NCBI GenBank assembly: GCA_036785375.1
Contig: JAWMAR010000032.1
Coordinates: 4,712,001 to 4,776,000 of the forward strand
Origin: Leucoraja ocellata
Lineage: Eukaryota
Length of the DNA stretch: 64,000 bases
Direction of reading: 5' to 3'
The notes under the pieces were generated by a model, which was given only the letters and a program-made list of their open reading frames with translations, did not search any database and had not been told where the DNA came from. Both the position numbers and the translations under genes were made by a program. Of the stretch, positions 63,486 through 64,000 are shown in pieces (the first letter of the stretch is position 1; each line of letters starts with the position of its first letter).

Positions 63486-64000
63486 TGAGCAGGCTCAAGG
63501 GATAGTTGGTATTAAGCTCTTTCTTATCTTAAATCTCTTCTGAGGCAAGACCTGTCACACTGAACAAAGGCTGACATCTAGTGGAAAGTTATCTATGTAT
63601 GTTTGTGATGGTGGGACCACTGGCATGTGTGCATGTGCCATTATGTAACTATCTAAAGCCTGAGGAAATCTATGTATGCTATCAGTCATAAACTTGATCT
63701 TTTTGAGAGAGGTAGTTGACAAGGGAATTATTTGTGAAGGGAGAAATAATAATCATTTCATTGCAGGCACATTTTACACTGTGGCAGTAAAATCATGAAG
63801 TCTAATAAATCTAGAGATTTCCCACATTTCCAATACCCAAATTAGCATTGTTTCTTAAAATAGAGATTGGTAATGTGGAAAGGGAGCAACTGCTCCAACA
63901 GTTTCCTGGGTTGCTAGCTCTGATGTTTGTCCAGAGATATTGTCTCTATCATCAACGACACTATCCAGCCCAAGAGCCATATTCGCCCCCTTTGTTTCTA

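Noticed and set aside
57891-64000. PTK7 exon 6
   Set aside because: No VFANGSLLxxQV-like coding segment with splice sites was found by eye; it is probably beyond the window.

Overview
Eukaryotic, repeat-rich DNA. The HE1/V-SINEs, CR1, Rex1/Babar and Penelope repeats suggest an elasmobranch (skate/ray) genome; this is an inference. The window lies inside the PTK7 gene on the + strand. Four Ig-domain coding exons (41118-41411, 47020-47122, 52549-52736, 57743-57890) have GT-AG sites, splice in frame and correspond to human exons 2-5. Exon 1 and exon 6 onward were not found, so 1-41117 is probably intron 1. Most of the rest is transposon-derived: young and old CR1 LINEs, Rex1/Babar LINEs and non-autonomous relatives, Penelope-like elements, Tc1/pogo, hAT, PIF/Harbinger and Helitron elements, often nested. 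Most short ORFs in the track are spurious or TE-derived. The items most worth follow-up are: minimal hammerhead-ribozyme-like cores in Penelope terminal repeats, including tiny fold-back insertions with 14-16 bp target duplications; a 13-copy 18-bp array at a CR1 truncation junction; a ~150-nt fold-back; a spliced-looking Tudor/Spin-like coding relic in a nested transposon; and candidate intronic enhancers. I cannot demonstrate a wholly new system from sequence alone.
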